NCBI GenBank assembly: GCA_011605715.1
Contig: JAAOZO010000213.1
Span: forward strand, 1 to 34,499
DNA from: Nitrososphaerota archaeon
Lineage (GTDB): Archaea > Thermoproteota > EX4484-205 > JAAOZO01
Direction: 5' to 3'
Length of the DNA stretch: 34,499 nucleotides
A program made the position numbers and the translations under genes. Shown one piece after another: positions 24,490-34,354 of the stretch. How positions within the stretch are numbered: the stretch's first letter is position 1; every line of letters starts with the position of its first letter. A model generated the notes under the pieces. The model searched no databases and had not been told where the DNA came from. It worked only from the letters and a program-made list of their open reading frames with translations.

Positions 24490-25726
24490 AGACTCAGCTA
24501 AAATTGTAGCTATGCAACTGAGAAGTAATGTTTCTTCATTACCTATTTCTGAAGTTGAAAGAATTATCGAAGAGGTTAAGCAAGGAGGAGACAAAGCATT
24601 AAAGCTAATTGAGGAAAGAATTAACAGCGTAAAGTTAGAAACTTTAGAAATTGAAAGTTCAGAATTAAGTAGCGCTTTAGATAAAGTTCCAGTAAGCACA
24701 GTAGAAGCAATAAAAGTAGCAATTGAAAGGCTTAAGGTAGCAGAAACTCCATTACTCGATACCATAAAAAACGAGATAAAAGTTGAAGATGGTAACGTTG
24801 AAATCTTATATAAGTATATTCCTTTAGAAAGGGTTGGTATTTATGTTCCTAGAAGTTCGTTTGCTTATCCAAGTAGCTTGATAATGGCTTCAGTTCCAGC
24901 AGTTCTAGCAGGAGTTAAGTCTATTGTTGTTGCAACTCCTCCTTATAAGGATGGTAAAGTAGACAGCAAGATATTAGCAGTATGCGCTCTCATGAACATA
25001 TACGAAATCTATAGGATAAGTGGTGCTCAAGCTATTGCAGCTTTAGCCTATGGCACAGAAAGTATAAAGCCAGTTGAAAAAATATTTGGAGCTGGGGGCA
25101 AGTTTGTTACTGCTGCTAAATTCCTCGTTTCTAGGCAAGTAGCAGTTGACATGTTAGCAGGTCCAACTGAGCTTTTAATCTTAGCAGACGAGTCCGCAAA
25201 TCCAAATTTTGTCGCTTACGACTTACTTTCTCAGGCGGAGCATGGAAGTGGTAGCTTAATTGTTTTAGCTTCAAATTCAGAAAAGTTCATAGAAGATGTA
25301 AGTAAGAAATTAAATTCTATTTCAAAAGAGCTTGCGAAAGGTATTATGTTTGTTCTTGGAGAAGATGTTGTATCTTTAATCTTATTTGCAGAAGCATTAG
25401 CTCCAGAGCATATTCAAATTGTTGGTAGTCAGCTTGAGCCCTATGCTAGTAAGATAAAGAATTCAGGAGTTGTCCTTGTAGGAGAGTTTACTCCCTCGGC
25501 TGCAAGCGACTATATACTTGGCTCAAATCACATTCTGCCAACGTTTGGTCTAGCAAAGTCTAGAGGTATCCTCTCGCCAATTGACTTTCTTAAGCTTTCA
25601 GTTAGAGTAAGGGCAAGCTCCAGCGCGATTAAAAAACTTGGCTCGTATGCCATAACACTAGCGGAAGCAGAAGGTTTTCAAATGCATGCTAAGGCAATAG
25701 AGGTGAGGATGAATGAACCTAGTTAA
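24470..25726 (+). CDS. hisD: Histidinol dehydrogenase
   Basis: 418 aa. Motifs are LLSQAEHGSGS, LAPEHIQIV and SDYILGSNHILPT. It overlaps hisG by 20 nt. Confidence 0.9.
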   Translation: MLLTVTKDSAKIVAMQLRSNVSSLPISEVERIIEEVKQGGDKALKLIEERINSVKLETLEIESSELSSALDKVPVSTVEAIKVAIERLKVAETPLLDTIKNEIKVEDGNVEILYKYIPLERVGIYVPRSSFAYPSSLIMASVPAVLAGVKSIVVATPPYKDGKVDSKILAVCALMNIYEIYRISGAQAIAALAYGTESIKPVEKIFGAGGKFVTAAKFLVSRQVAVDMLAGPTELLILADESANPNFVAYDLLSQAEHGSGSLIVLASNSEKFIEDVSKKLNSISKELAKGIMFVLGEDVVSLILFAEALAPEHIQIVGSQLEPYASKIKNSGVVLVGEFTPSAASDYILGSNHILPTFGLAKSRGILSPIDFLKLSVRVRASSSAIKKLGSYAITLAEAEGFQMHAKAIEVRMNEPS

Positions 25727-26711
25727 GCTTGATGCTAACGAGAATCTCTTAATTCCCAGACAACTAACAGAAGAGCTAATGACCAAAGTAATTAAGGAAG
25801 TAGACCCTAGGCTATATCCTTCTGACAACGAAAAACTTGAAGTTGTGGAGAAAATATCGAACTACCTTAACGTGGACAAAAAAGAGGTTGTTTTGGGAAC
25901 AGGGGCTGATCAACTAATTGACCTACTGATAACTTTGTTTGGTAGCAAAGGAGTTACTTTGCTTTATCCTTCATTTTCATCTTACTTTAGTGCTTGTAAG
26001 CTTCACAACGTTCCTTTAGCTACAGTAGCTTTTAATAGGGATTTCAGTATAAACAACGGTAGTCTTTTTAGTGCACTTAAAAAGTCAAGTCTGTTCGTAC
26101 TCTGTAGACCCAACAACCCAACTGGAAATTCAATAGATGAAAGCTTTGTTCTTGAGGTGGCTGAAAGCTTTAATGGTGTTGTTGCTATAGACGAAGTCTA
26201 CGGTGAGTTTTCTGACTCTCAACTTCATTACCTTCCAAACAAATTTAAGAACGTCGTTGTTCTTAAATCGTTTTCAAAATCTTTTGGAGCTGCGGGGCTT
26301 AGGATAGGTTACCTTATAGCTAACGAAAGCTTAGCAGAAACCATCAGCAAATACCAGTTCTTATACCCTGTTACTAATTTTTCTCTTAAGTATGCTTCTT
26401 ATTTGCTTGACAACGTAAAAACGTTCAAAAAGTATTGGCAAGAACTAAGAGAAGTTAGAAGCTGGTTCTTCAATGAACTTTCAAACATAAGTAGCATAGA
26501 GGTAATTCCCTCTCAGACGAATTTTGTTTCTTTTCTTACAAATGCTGAGGACTTTAAAAACAAAATGTTGCTTAGAGGCTATGCTATTAGAGAATTTGAT
26601 GGAATTTTTGGCTATAAGAAGCTAATAAGAGTTACTCTATCAAGCCTCATTGTAATGAAAGAAGTTTCCAAATTAATAAGAGAAATTGTAACTGAAGGCG
26701 AGACGAAATGA
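25713..26711 (+). CDS. hisC: Histidinol-phosphate aminotransferase
   Basis: 332 aa. It has LDANENL, NPNNPTGN, IDEVYGEF and the PLP-lysine motif LKSFSKSFGAAGLRIGY. It overlaps hisD by 14 nt. Confidence 0.9.
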   Translation: MNLVKLDANENLLIPRQLTEELMTKVIKEVDPRLYPSDNEKLEVVEKISNYLNVDKKEVVLGTGADQLIDLLITLFGSKGVTLLYPSFSSYFSACKLHNVPLATVAFNRDFSINNGSLFSALKKSSLFVLCRPNNPTGNSIDESFVLEVAESFNGVVAIDEVYGEFSDSQLHYLPNKFKNVVVLKSFSKSFGAAGLRIGYLIANESLAETISKYQFLYPVTNFSLKYASYLLDNVKTFKKYWQELREVRSWFFNELSNISSIEVIPSQTNFVSFLTNAEDFKNKMLLRGYAIREFDGIFGYKKLIRVTLSSLIVMKEVSKLIREIVTEGETK

Positions 26712-27259
26712 TTGAGAGGAAAACAAAGGAGACAAGAATTAAAGCTGAAGTTAAATTACTAGGTAACGGTGTTTGTGAAGTAAAGACTCCAATAGCTTTC
26801 CTTAATCATATGCTTTCAACACTTTGTTTTTATAGCAAGATGGATCTAACTCTTGAAGCTGAAGGCGACCTAGTACACCATATTATAGAGGATGTAGCTA
26901 TAGTTCTTGGAGCAGCAATTAACAATGCCTTAGGGGAAAGAAGTAACATTAAACGTTTTGGCTTCGCAAAAATTCCGATGGACGATGCTATTGCAGAGGT
27001 TACAGTTGACCTTGTGAGGAGAACTTACGTTGTAACTAATCTAAAGTTAACTTCGCCAGTAGAAGGCATAGAGCCGGAACTCTTTACTCATTTCTTTAGA
27101 AGTCTTGCACAGTCTGCAAACTTTACTTTGCATGTCAACGTTGCCTATGGTGAAGACAACCACCACAAAGTTGAAGCTACATTTAAGGCTCTTGGAATTG
27201 CCTTAAGAGAGGCGTGGTCTCCTGAATCTAGGTTAGTAAGCACAAAGGGTGAAGTTTAG
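26708..27259 (+). CDS. hisB: Imidazoleglycerol-phosphate dehydratase (monofunctional, no phosphatase domain)
   Basis: 183 aa. Motifs are RKTKETRI, VHHIIEDVAI and GEDNHHKVEATFKA. It has an ATGA overlap with hisC. Confidence 0.9.
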   Translation: MIERKTKETRIKAEVKLLGNGVCEVKTPIAFLNHMLSTLCFYSKMDLTLEAEGDLVHHIIEDVAIVLGAAINNALGERSNIKRFGFAKIPMDDAIAEVTVDLVRRTYVVTNLKLTSPVEGIEPELFTHFFRSLAQSANFTLHVNVAYGEDNHHKVEATFKALGIALREAWSPESRLVSTKGEV

Positions 27260-27847
27260 TTGCCCGTTGCTTTAGTGGATACTGGGGTAAGTAACTTAAC
27301 TAGTTTAACCAATGCTTTAAGTAGGCTGGGCTTTACTTATGAAACAAGTAGCTCTAAAATTTTAGAAGCTGATGCTATAATAATACCTGGCGTTGGAAGC
27401 TACGATGCCGCTGCAAGGAAAATTAACTTGATTAAGAACTACCTTCTTGATGCAATAGCTAGAGAAATTCCTGTGCTTGGGATTTGTTTAGGTTATCAAC
27501 TCTTGTTAGAGAGTAGCGAAGAAGGCAAAGAGAGTGGCCTAGGTATATTTAAAGGAAGAGCTGTAAAGTTTTCAGGAGTAAAGGTTCCTCATGTTGGTTG
27601 GAATACGCTAGAGAACTTAAAGGAAGACAAAATAACAGAAGGAATAAAAGAAAAAAGCTACGTTTACTTTGTACATTCTTATTATCCTTTACTTGAAGAA
27701 AACGTTGCCATAGCTGAAACAACTTATGGCGTAAAGTTTGCAAGTATAGCAAAAAAGAAAACAGTTTATGGTTTTCAGTTTCATCCAGAAAAATCTGGAA
27801 CTGTTGGTCTTAAGTTGTTGGAGAATTTCTTGAAGTTATCAAAATGA
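27260..27847 (+). CDS. hisH: Imidazole glycerol phosphate synthase, glutamine amidotransferase subunit
   Basis: 195 aa, with a TTG start directly after the hisB stop. It has the catalytic GICLGYQ, plus HVGWN and FQFHPEKSG. Confidence 0.9.
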   Translation: MPVALVDTGVSNLTSLTNALSRLGFTYETSSSKILEADAIIIPGVGSYDAAARKINLIKNYLLDAIAREIPVLGICLGYQLLLESSEEGKESGLGIFKGRAVKFSGVKVPHVGWNTLENLKEDKITEGIKEKSYVYFVHSYYPLLEENVAIAETTYGVKFASIAKKKTVYGFQFHPEKSGTVGLKLLENFLKLSK

Positions 27848-28554
27848 TTGTCATACCAAGCATAGATCTAGTGAATGGAAAAGTTGTTAGATTAGTTAGA
27901 GGTAACGTAAACGAGATGAAAGTTTATAGCTATAGCCCTGTAGAAGTTGCAAGAAATTTTGTGGATGCTGGTGCAAAGTTAATACATGTTGTAGACATAT
28001 CTGCAGCTCTTGGGATTGGAAGTAACAGGGAAGTACTTAAAACTATAGTTAGAAGCAACATTCCAATTCAGTTTGGAGGTGGTGTACGAAATAAAGAAGA
28101 AGTTGAATACTTGCTAAATTTAGGAGTTAAAAGAGTAGTTATCAGCACAATTGCGTTTAACAATTTTGCAGTAGCTAAACAGCTTTTAGATTTATACGGT
28201 GAGCAATTAGCTGTTTCAGTAGATTATATAGGAAATAGGGTTGCAGTAAAGGGATGGAAAGCTACTGTTGATCTTTCTCCTTTAGAGATAGCTAGAAAAC
28301 TTAGTCTTCTTGGGTTTAAGTACATCATTTTTACTTCGATTGAAAAAGATGGAACTTTGCTTGGTATTGACCTTGATTTTATAAAAAAAGTTTTAGAAGA
28401 AGTTGATACAAACCTAATCTTCTCGGGAGGGATTTCATCAATAGAAGAAGTAAAAAAACTAAAGGATTTGGGTGCTTATGGTGTTATACTTGGAAAGAGC
28501 ATATACGAAGGAAAAATTAGCTTGAAGGAAGCTATTAAGGTAGGTGAAAGCTAA
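27844..28554 (+). CDS. hisA: ProFAR isomerase (1-(5-phosphoribosyl)-5-[(5-phosphoribosylamino)methylideneamino]imidazole-4-carboxamide isomerase)
   Basis: 236 aa. Motifs are [20 protein letters not shown] and SGGISS. It has an ATGA overlap with hisH. Confidence 0.9.
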   Translation: MIVIPSIDLVNGKVVRLVRGNVNEMKVYSYSPVEVARNFVDAGAKLIHVVDISAALGIGSNREVLKTIVRSNIPIQFGGGVRNKEEVEYLLNLGVKRVVISTIAFNNFAVAKQLLDLYGEQLAVSVDYIGNRVAVKGWKATVDLSPLEIARKLSLLGFKYIIFTSIEKDGTLLGIDLDFIKKVLEEVDTNLIFSGGISSIEEVKKLKDLGAYGVILGKSIYEGKISLKEAIKVGES

Positions 28555-29306
28555 TGCTAGCAAAGAGAATAATTCCTTGTTTAGATGTTGACAAAGGAAA
28601 AGTGGTTAAGGGAGTAAAATTCAAAGAGCTAAAGAACGCTGGAGATCCTGTTGAGCTTGCTACTCTTTATAGTAGTGAGGGTGCCGATGAGTTAGTATTT
28701 TTAGATATAAGTGCTTCCTTAGAAAACAGAAGTACCGTAATAAGCCTATCCAAAGAAGTTGCAAAAGTTTTAGACATCCCTTTTACGGTTGGAGGAGGCA
28801 TAAGAAGCGTAGATGATGCAAGAGAAATCTTAAGGAATGGTGCTGACAAGATCTCAATAAATACTCTAGCTGTTAAAAATCCAAATTCAATTAATGAGCT
28901 TGCAAGCGAGTTTGGCTCTCAAGCTGTTGTGGTTGCAATCGATGCGAAGTTTAAAAATGGAAGCTACGAGGTTTTTATTTATGGTGGAACTTCACCAACT
29001 GGAATAGATGCAGTAGCTTGGGCTAAAGAGGCTGAAGCAAGAGGTGCTGGAGAAATATTACTAACTTCAATAGATCGAGACGGTACTAAGCAAGGCTATG
29101 ACTTGAATCTAACAAAAATGGTTCTTGATGCTGTGAGCATTCCGGTTATTGCAAGTGGTGGTGCTGGTTCTCCTCTTCACTTCCTAGAAGTGTTTAGGAT
29201 TGGTGCAGATGCTGCTCTTGCAGCTGGAATTTTTCATAGAGGCGAATATAGAATTAGAGAGATTAAAGAGTTCTTGAAAAAGGAAGGTGTTCAAGTTAGG
29301 CTATGA
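28554..29306 (+). CDS. hisF: Imidazole glycerol phosphate synthase, cyclase subunit
   Basis: 250 aa. Motifs are [37 protein letters not shown] and ASGGAG. Confidence 0.92.
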   Translation: MLAKRIIPCLDVDKGKVVKGVKFKELKNAGDPVELATLYSSEGADELVFLDISASLENRSTVISLSKEVAKVLDIPFTVGGGIRSVDDAREILRNGADKISINTLAVKNPNSINELASEFGSQAVVVAIDAKFKNGSYEVFIYGGTSPTGIDAVAWAKEAEARGAGEILLTSIDRDGTKQGYDLNLTKMVLDAVSIPVIASGGAGSPLHFLEVFRIGADAALAAGIFHRGEYRIREIKEFLKKEGVQVRL

Positions 29307-30295
29307 AACCAATAGGAAAAGTTAAAAGTTCAGAACTAGATTTTGAAAAAGGAAACGGCCTTATTCCAGTTATTGTGCAAGAATACAAGACAAGAAAAAT
29401 ACTAATGCTTGCGTACATGAACAAGGAAGCCTTAAACAAAACTTTAGAAACAGGGCTTGCTCACTACTATAGTAGAAGTAGGAAGAAGCTTTGGAAAAAA
29501 GGTGAAACAAGCGGTCATATTCAAAAAGTTAAACGTATACTTGTGGATTGTGATAATGACACATTGCTACTTCAAGTTGAGCAAATTGGTAACGCTTGCC
29601 ATAAGGGTGAGCACAGTTGTTTTCACATGCTGTTAAGTGAGGCTGAAGAAATTCATAAAAGGTTCGATGAGGAAATCTTAGCAAAGATTAAGAGAGAAGT
29701 AGAAAATGCTAAAGTTATAAGAAAAAGTTGGGTAAAAGATGAATCAAAAAAAGACTACTTATACATTTTAAATGCTATAACTGAACATTACAATCCTCCT
29801 GAACCTGAAGTTTATGAGTGGATTGCTGAAAAGCTAGATGAACTAACTTCAGATAACGTAGATAAGATAGTTGTTCCAGAGTGTTTTGGAATTCCAATTG
29901 CGCAGCTACTTGCTTCTAGGAAGGGAAAACCTTTGGCAATAATTAGGAAAAGGCCGCTTGTTCCTGAAGACAAAGGTGTAGAGTACTCTTCAGGCTATGA
30001 AAAAGGCAACTACTATATCTATGGCTTAAAGGAAGGAGATAGTATAATTTTAGTAGATGATGCAGTTTCAACTGGAGGCACTTTATTGTCAATAATAAAA
30101 GAGTTAGAAAACATGGACGTTAACATATCTGATGTTGTATGCATTGTATCAAAAGAAAGCTATGAGGGCTCAAAAATTATCTTTAAAGAAACAAAACTAA
30201 AAGTTAAGAGTATAGTTAGAGTTTTTCTTGATGATACTAAACCAAGGGTAGAAGCTTCATACAATGAAGATTTCTCCTTCCCAGTGTTACCGTAA
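29303..30295 (+). CDS. hisI: Phosphoribosyl-AMP cyclohydrolase (HisI) fused to a C-terminal type-I phosphoribosyltransferase (Apt-like) domain
   Basis: The N-terminal ~110 aa carry the HisI motifs [30 protein letters not shown] and [10 protein letters not shown]. The C-terminal ~180 aa carry [28 protein letters not shown] and the PRPP-binding loop [15 protein letters not shown]. No HisE/MazG-like motif is present. It has an ATGA overlap with hisF. Confidence 0.8.
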   Translation: MKPIGKVKSSELDFEKGNGLIPVIVQEYKTRKILMLAYMNKEALNKTLETGLAHYYSRSRKKLWKKGETSGHIQKVKRILVDCDNDTLLLQVEQIGNACHKGEHSCFHMLLSEAEEIHKRFDEEILAKIKREVENAKVIRKSWVKDESKKDYLYILNAITEHYNPPEPEVYEWIAEKLDELTSDNVDKIVVPECFGIPIAQLLASRKGKPLAIIRKRPLVPEDKGVEYSSGYEKGNYYIYGLKEGDSIILVDDAVSTGGTLLSIIKELENMDVNISDVVCIVSKESYEGSKIIFKETKLKVKSIVRVFLDDTKPRVEASYNEDFSFPVLP

Positions 30296-30314
30296 GATCC
30301 TTTACTAGTAAACT

Positions 30315-30323
30315 TTTTATATT
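30315..30323 (+). promoter_or_regulatory. TATA-box-like element for the alpha-mannosidase gene
   Basis: tttttatat lies within the short palindrome tttatat-ttc-atataaa. It is centred about 26 nt upstream of the ATG at 30345, which fits a leaderless arrangement. Confidence 0.45.
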
Positions 30324-30344
30324 TCATATAAAGATTTTCTTCTC

Positions 30345-32777
30345 ATGACGAAGGAGTTCATACTGTGCGGAAATTCACACATCGATCCAGTTTGGCTTTG
30401 GCGTTGGAATGAAGGCTATTGGACGATGAGAAGTACTGTTAGAAGTGTGGTTAACTTACTAAAGAAATACCCTGAAATAACGTTTGTATTTTCTTCCGCC
30501 GTAATGTACAAATGGTTAGAAGAAAGTGAACCGGATTTGTTTAATGAAGTAAAAGCATTAGTTGAAGCTGGAAGATGGATTCCAGTAGGTGGTTCATGGG
30601 TAGAACCTGACTGCAACTTACCCTCTGGAGAGTCATTCGTAAGACAATATCTTTATGGTCAAATGTTCTTTAAGGAGAGATTTGGAACTAAAGTTGACGT
30701 TGGTTACAATATTGATAGCTTTGGGCACAATGCATCTTTGCCTAAAATTCTAAAGAATTCTGGTATCAACTTTTACATCTTCATGAGACCTGGTGCTCAT
30801 GAGAAAGAACTTCCTCTTAATATATTTTGGTGGGAAAGTAACGATGGCTCAAGGATTCTAACTTTTCGCCATCCAACTAGCTACAATTTAACAAAAAATA
30901 GTTTGTGTAAAGCTATAGAAAGCTTGTCTCAAAGCAGAGAGCCCCTCTTGCTTCTTTTGTTTGGGAGAGGCGATCACGGTGGTGGACCAGAAGAAGATGA
31001 CATACTTGAAATACTTAAACTCAAAGAACAAAAAAGAGATCTAGTTATTAAGTTTGGAACTCCCGAAGAATTCTTTAAGAAGTTAGAGAGTCTGAACTTA
31101 AGCTTTCCTGTAGTTAAAGACGAGCTTCAACACCATGCAAGTGGTTGTTATTCAGTACTTTCTGAGGTTAAGAGACTAAATAGAAAAGCTGAAAATTCGT
31201 TAATGGTTGCTGAAAGGTATTCTACCATTAGTTCAATAATTACTAATAGCACTTATCCTAAGGAAAAGTTCAGAAACGCATGGGAAAAAGTTCTTTTCTG
31301 TCAGTTCCATGATTCGTTAGCGGGTACTTGCATAAGAGAAGCTTATGAAGATATTTTCGACATGCTTAGAGAAGCAATAAGCGTTTCTAACGAAATAAAG
31401 AACTTGTCGTTGCAAAAAATTTCTTCTATGATAAACACCTTAGATAGTAAACTCAACATAGTAGTATTCAATCCAGTTGCAAATGAGTTAAAGTTTCCTG
31501 TAGAAATAGAACCTGCAATAAAAGACATGAGACTTGTTGGTGAAGATGGGAAAGATGTTGAACTTCAAGAGGTAACTCCCTCTTCTTTGGCTGGTACAAA
31601 AAGAGTTGTGTTTGTTGCCAACTTACCCCCTCTAGGTTTTGCTACTTACAAAGTTGTAAGTGTTGATTCTGAGGAGAAGGAAAAACAAAGCGGGAACATA
31701 GTTACAGGTAATTATTCATTAGAAAATGAGTTCGTCAAAGTTGAGTTTGATGAAAAAAGTGGAACCATCAAACATATCGTAGATAAAGAATCTGGTTGCA
31801 AACTGTTCAACGGTGGTGCCGCTTTACCCATAGTATTTGACGACCAAAGTGATACTTGGAGTCATGGTGTTTTTTCTTACAAAACTAAGCTTGGTGAGTT
31901 TAAAGTTACTGAAATTAAAGTGGTTGAAAATGGCCCAGTAAGGGGGATGATTAGAATTAAATACAAATACTCAAGCTCAGACGTTGTACAAGACTTCATA
32001 GTTTACAAAGGACTTAAATTTATAGAAGTTAGAGTGAAGATTGATTGGAACGAAAAACATAAGCTATTAAAGCTTCAGTTTCCATTCAACCTTTCAGAGG
32101 TAAAGTATACATACGAAATACCCTTTGGCACTATAGAAAGATCTGCAAACGGCGAAGAAGAACCAGGTCAAAGGTGGGTTGATGTTTCTGGAAACTTAAT
32201 AGGCTACAACAATGAAAAAATTACCTATGGGCTAACATTAATCAATGACTCAAAGTACAGCTTTAGTGCAGAAGACAACGTCTTTACAGTGACTCTTATT
32301 AGGAGTCCGATTTATGCTCATCACATTCCAAATACTAAGAGAGAAGGAGTTGACTACTTTTACATAGATCAAGGCTTTCATGAGTTTAAGTACTTATTGC
32401 TTCCACATAAAGGTAGCTGGAAAGATGTATTCTATCAAATCTCAAATCTCTCTGACGCTATCAACCTTGGACTAGACTACATAGTAGAAAGTTACCACAG
32501 TGGTGTTTTACCAAGAAGGTTCTCATTTCTTTCAGTTTCTGACAAAAATGTGTATCTTGTTGCCTTAAAAAGGGCAGAATCTTCAGGCGATGTCGTTTTG
32601 CGAATGTTAGAACAAACTGGAGAAGAAAGAGAAGTAAATATTACCTTAAACACAAAAGTTATAGAAAGAATCATTTCAGCTAAGGTTAAGCCATTTGAAC
32701 TTAAGACAATAGTAGTTCCAGTTAGCGGTTCTAAAAAAGAGTATGAAGTCAATCTTTTAGAAGAACCCAAGCTTTAA
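30345..32777 (+). CDS. Glycoside hydrolase family 38 alpha-mannosidase (cytosolic, no signal peptide)
   Basis: 810 aa. GH38 motifs are CGNSHIDPVWLWRW, GGSWVEPDCNLPSGES, DSFGH and FCQFHDSLAGT. Confidence 0.88.
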   Translation: MTKEFILCGNSHIDPVWLWRWNEGYWTMRSTVRSVVNLLKKYPEITFVFSSAVMYKWLEESEPDLFNEVKALVEAGRWIPVGGSWVEPDCNLPSGESFVRQYLYGQMFFKERFGTKVDVGYNIDSFGHNASLPKILKNSGINFYIFMRPGAHEKELPLNIFWWESNDGSRILTFRHPTSYNLTKNSLCKAIESLSQSREPLLLLLFGRGDHGGGPEEDDILEILKLKEQKRDLVIKFGTPEEFFKKLESLNLSFPVVKDELQHHASGCYSVLSEVKRLNRKAENSLMVAERYSTISSIITNSTYPKEKFRNAWEKVLFCQFHDSLAGTCIREAYEDIFDMLREAISVSNEIKNLSLQKISSMINTLDSKLNIVVFNPVANELKFPVEIEPAIKDMRLVGEDGKDVELQEVTPSSLAGTKRVVFVANLPPLGFATYKVVSVDSEEKEKQSGNIVTGNYSLENEFVKVEFDEKSGTIKHIVDKESGCKLFNGGAALPIVFDDQSDTWSHGVFSYKTKLGEFKVTEIKVVENGPVRGMIRIKYKYSSSDVVQDFIVYKGLKFIEVRVKIDWNEKHKLLKLQFPFNLSEVKYTYEIPFGTIERSANGEEEPGQRWVDVSGNLIGYNNEKITYGLTLINDSKYSFSAEDNVFTVTLIRSPIYAHHIPNTKREGVDYFYIDQGFHEFKYLLLPHKGSWKDVFYQISNLSDAINLGLDYIVESYHSGVLPRRFSFLSVSDKNVYLVALKRAESSGDVVLRMLEQTGEEREVNITLNTKVIERIISAKVKPFELKTIVVPVSGSKKEYEVNLLEEPKL

Positions 32778-32814
32778 CTTTAGTAGCTCACTTGACTTGT
32801 CTCCTTAATCAAAT

Positions 32815-32841
32815 AAAAAGAATTTATCTAAAAAATAAAAA
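32815..32841 (-). terminator. Oligo-T tracts (on the minus strand) downstream of the flavoprotein gene
   Basis: Plus-strand A5 (32815-32819), A6 (32830-32835) and A5 (32837-32841) correspond to T-runs just after the minus-strand stop at 32845-32847. Confidence 0.4.
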
Positions 32842-32844
32842 GGG

Positions 32845-34194
32845 TTAAAGTTGTCTGTATGCATCTAAAGCTGCCATTATAACCGGATTTACTGCAGGAG
32901 ATGCAGATAACTTCGGATGACCTCCATACTGCATTGTAATAATCTCATCGATTTTCATCTTGTTCTGAATAGCTATTGCAATAGCGTTAATAAGTTCTGC
33001 AACTTCATCGCATGCACAAGATGCTTGTGCTCCAATAAGGGTTCCATCTTTTAGAAATATTAGTTTTAATTCTGTTTCGCTTGCGCCAGGTAAGTTTGCA
33101 GGATGTCTATTAACAACTTTTGACCTTCCAACAACGTATTCAACGTTCTCTTTCTTAGCTAAGCTTTCAGTAACACCAACGCACGCTAATGCTAGGTCTC
33201 CAATCCTTGTTGAAAAGACTCCAATTTGACCGCTTATCCTTTTACTCACCTTTGCACCATACAAACTCATAACAGCGACTCTTGCTTCTTGGCAGGCAAT
33301 CGAAGCTAGCATAATTGACGTGGGCTTTCCAAAGAGAAAGTGTCTTTTTTCAGTCATATCGCCAACTGCAAATATATTAGGATCGTTTGTTCTCATGAAC
33401 TCGTCAACAAGAACACCATAGTCTCCTATTCTTAAACCAATTTTTTTAGCTAGCTCTATGTTTGGACGATAACCAATTGAGACAACAACTACATCTGCAG
33501 GTATTTTCTCCCCATTTTCAAGTTCTACTCCTTCCGCTTTTTCTTTGCCATAAATCTTTTTTACCGTTCTACCTGTTATTATTTTTATTCCCCTTTGTTT
33601 TAGCTTCTCTTCTGCCTTAATTGCAAATTCTTCATCAAAGTTTAAAAGTAAGCAATGTGGAAGCATCTCTACTATTGTTATATCTTTTTTAATATTTGAC
33701 AAATCATCTGCAAGCTCTACTCCTATAAACCCACCACCAACTATGACAATCTTATTTGCGCTTCGTAATGCTCTCTGCAAAACTTCAACTTCTTCATATC
33801 TCTTATAAACTTCAAATACGTTATTTAAGTTTGTACCTTCTATTGAAGATGGAACAAAAGGCAAAGAGCCAGTAGCTAAAATTAGTTTTTCATATTCATA
33901 AGAGTTCCCGGAAGCAGTAATAACCTTTTTACTATTTCTATCAACATCAACGACGTTATCAATTACAACTTTTACTCCTTGATTGGTTAGAAGCGTATAT
34001 GGCATTAAATCTTTATCACAACTTTCTAGCGTAGCTGCTAAGTATGGTATCGCGCAGGGTACGAGTGTTTTACCTTCACTCTTTATAAGAAGAATGGCTT
34101 TATCTTTGTAAAGCATTTTAGCTGTAAGTGCAGCTGTAAATCCACTTGCACTTCCGCCAATGATCACCATATCATACTTATTTTGGTTTTCCAT
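32845..34194 (-). CDS. FAD-dependent pyridine nucleotide-disulfide oxidoreductase, NADH oxidase / CoA-disulfide reductase family
   Basis: 449 aa. It has the N-terminal Rossmann MVIIGGSASG, a single redox Cys in TLVPCAIPY, a second Rossmann VGGGFIGVELA, FAVGD and a C-terminal dimerisation domain. Confidence 0.85.
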   Translation of the reverse strand: MENQNKYDMVIIGGSASGFTAALTAKMLYKDKAILLIKSEGKTLVPCAIPYLAATLESCDKDLMPYTLLTNQGVKVVIDNVVDVDRNSKKVITASGNSYEYEKLILATGSLPFVPSSIEGTNLNNVFEVYKRYEEVEVLQRALRSANKIVIVGGGFIGVELADDLSNIKKDITIVEMLPHCLLLNFDEEFAIKAEEKLKQRGIKIITGRTVKKIYGKEKAEGVELENGEKIPADVVVVSIGYRPNIELAKKIGLRIGDYGVLVDEFMRTNDPNIFAVGDMTEKRHFLFGKPTSIMLASIACQEARVAVMSLYGAKVSKRISGQIGVFSTRIGDLALACVGVTESLAKKENVEYVVGRSKVVNRHPANLPGASETELKLIFLKDGTLIGAQASCACDEVAELINAIAIAIQNKMKIDEIITMQYGGHPKLSASPAVNPVIMAALDAYRQL

Positions 34195-34354
34195 GACTTT
34201 TCAGCACCCTGCTTGTAATATTTAAGTTTTTCACCTGCTTTTTGCTCTTATTTCCAAATATCTCTTCTTGTAAAAAAACTTTCTGGAATTGGAACCAAAA
34301 CAAAAAAATAAATCGTTAGACAACGAATATACTAATATTCTACTTTTATGCGCT

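Noticed and set aside
24418-24765. A 115-aa minus-strand ORF across the hisG/hisD junction
   Set aside because: It overlaps two well-supported his genes and is S/L/T-rich with no motif. It would also interrupt a translationally coupled operon.
1706-32770. About 25 short ORFs (60-105 aa) in the supplied track that lie antisense to, or nested within, long motif-bearing genes. Examples are 1706-1921, 3783-4001, 3992-4213, 4026-4343, 4340-4582, 7601-7792, 7765-8037, 9021-9206, 10064-10294, 10298-10492, 12500-12724, 12744-12950, 14052-14246, 14743-14967, 15331-15537, 15801-16001, 18414-18686, 22095-22340, 22833-23072, 23958-24149, 27549-27752, 28667-28849, 30416-30616, 31343-31528 and 32492-32770.
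   Set aside because: Each is fully shadowed by an ORF with canonical family motifs on the other strand or frame. Their products are low-complexity S/L/F/T-rich strings with no recognisable motif, as expected from the reverse complement of K/E-rich AT-biased coding sequence.
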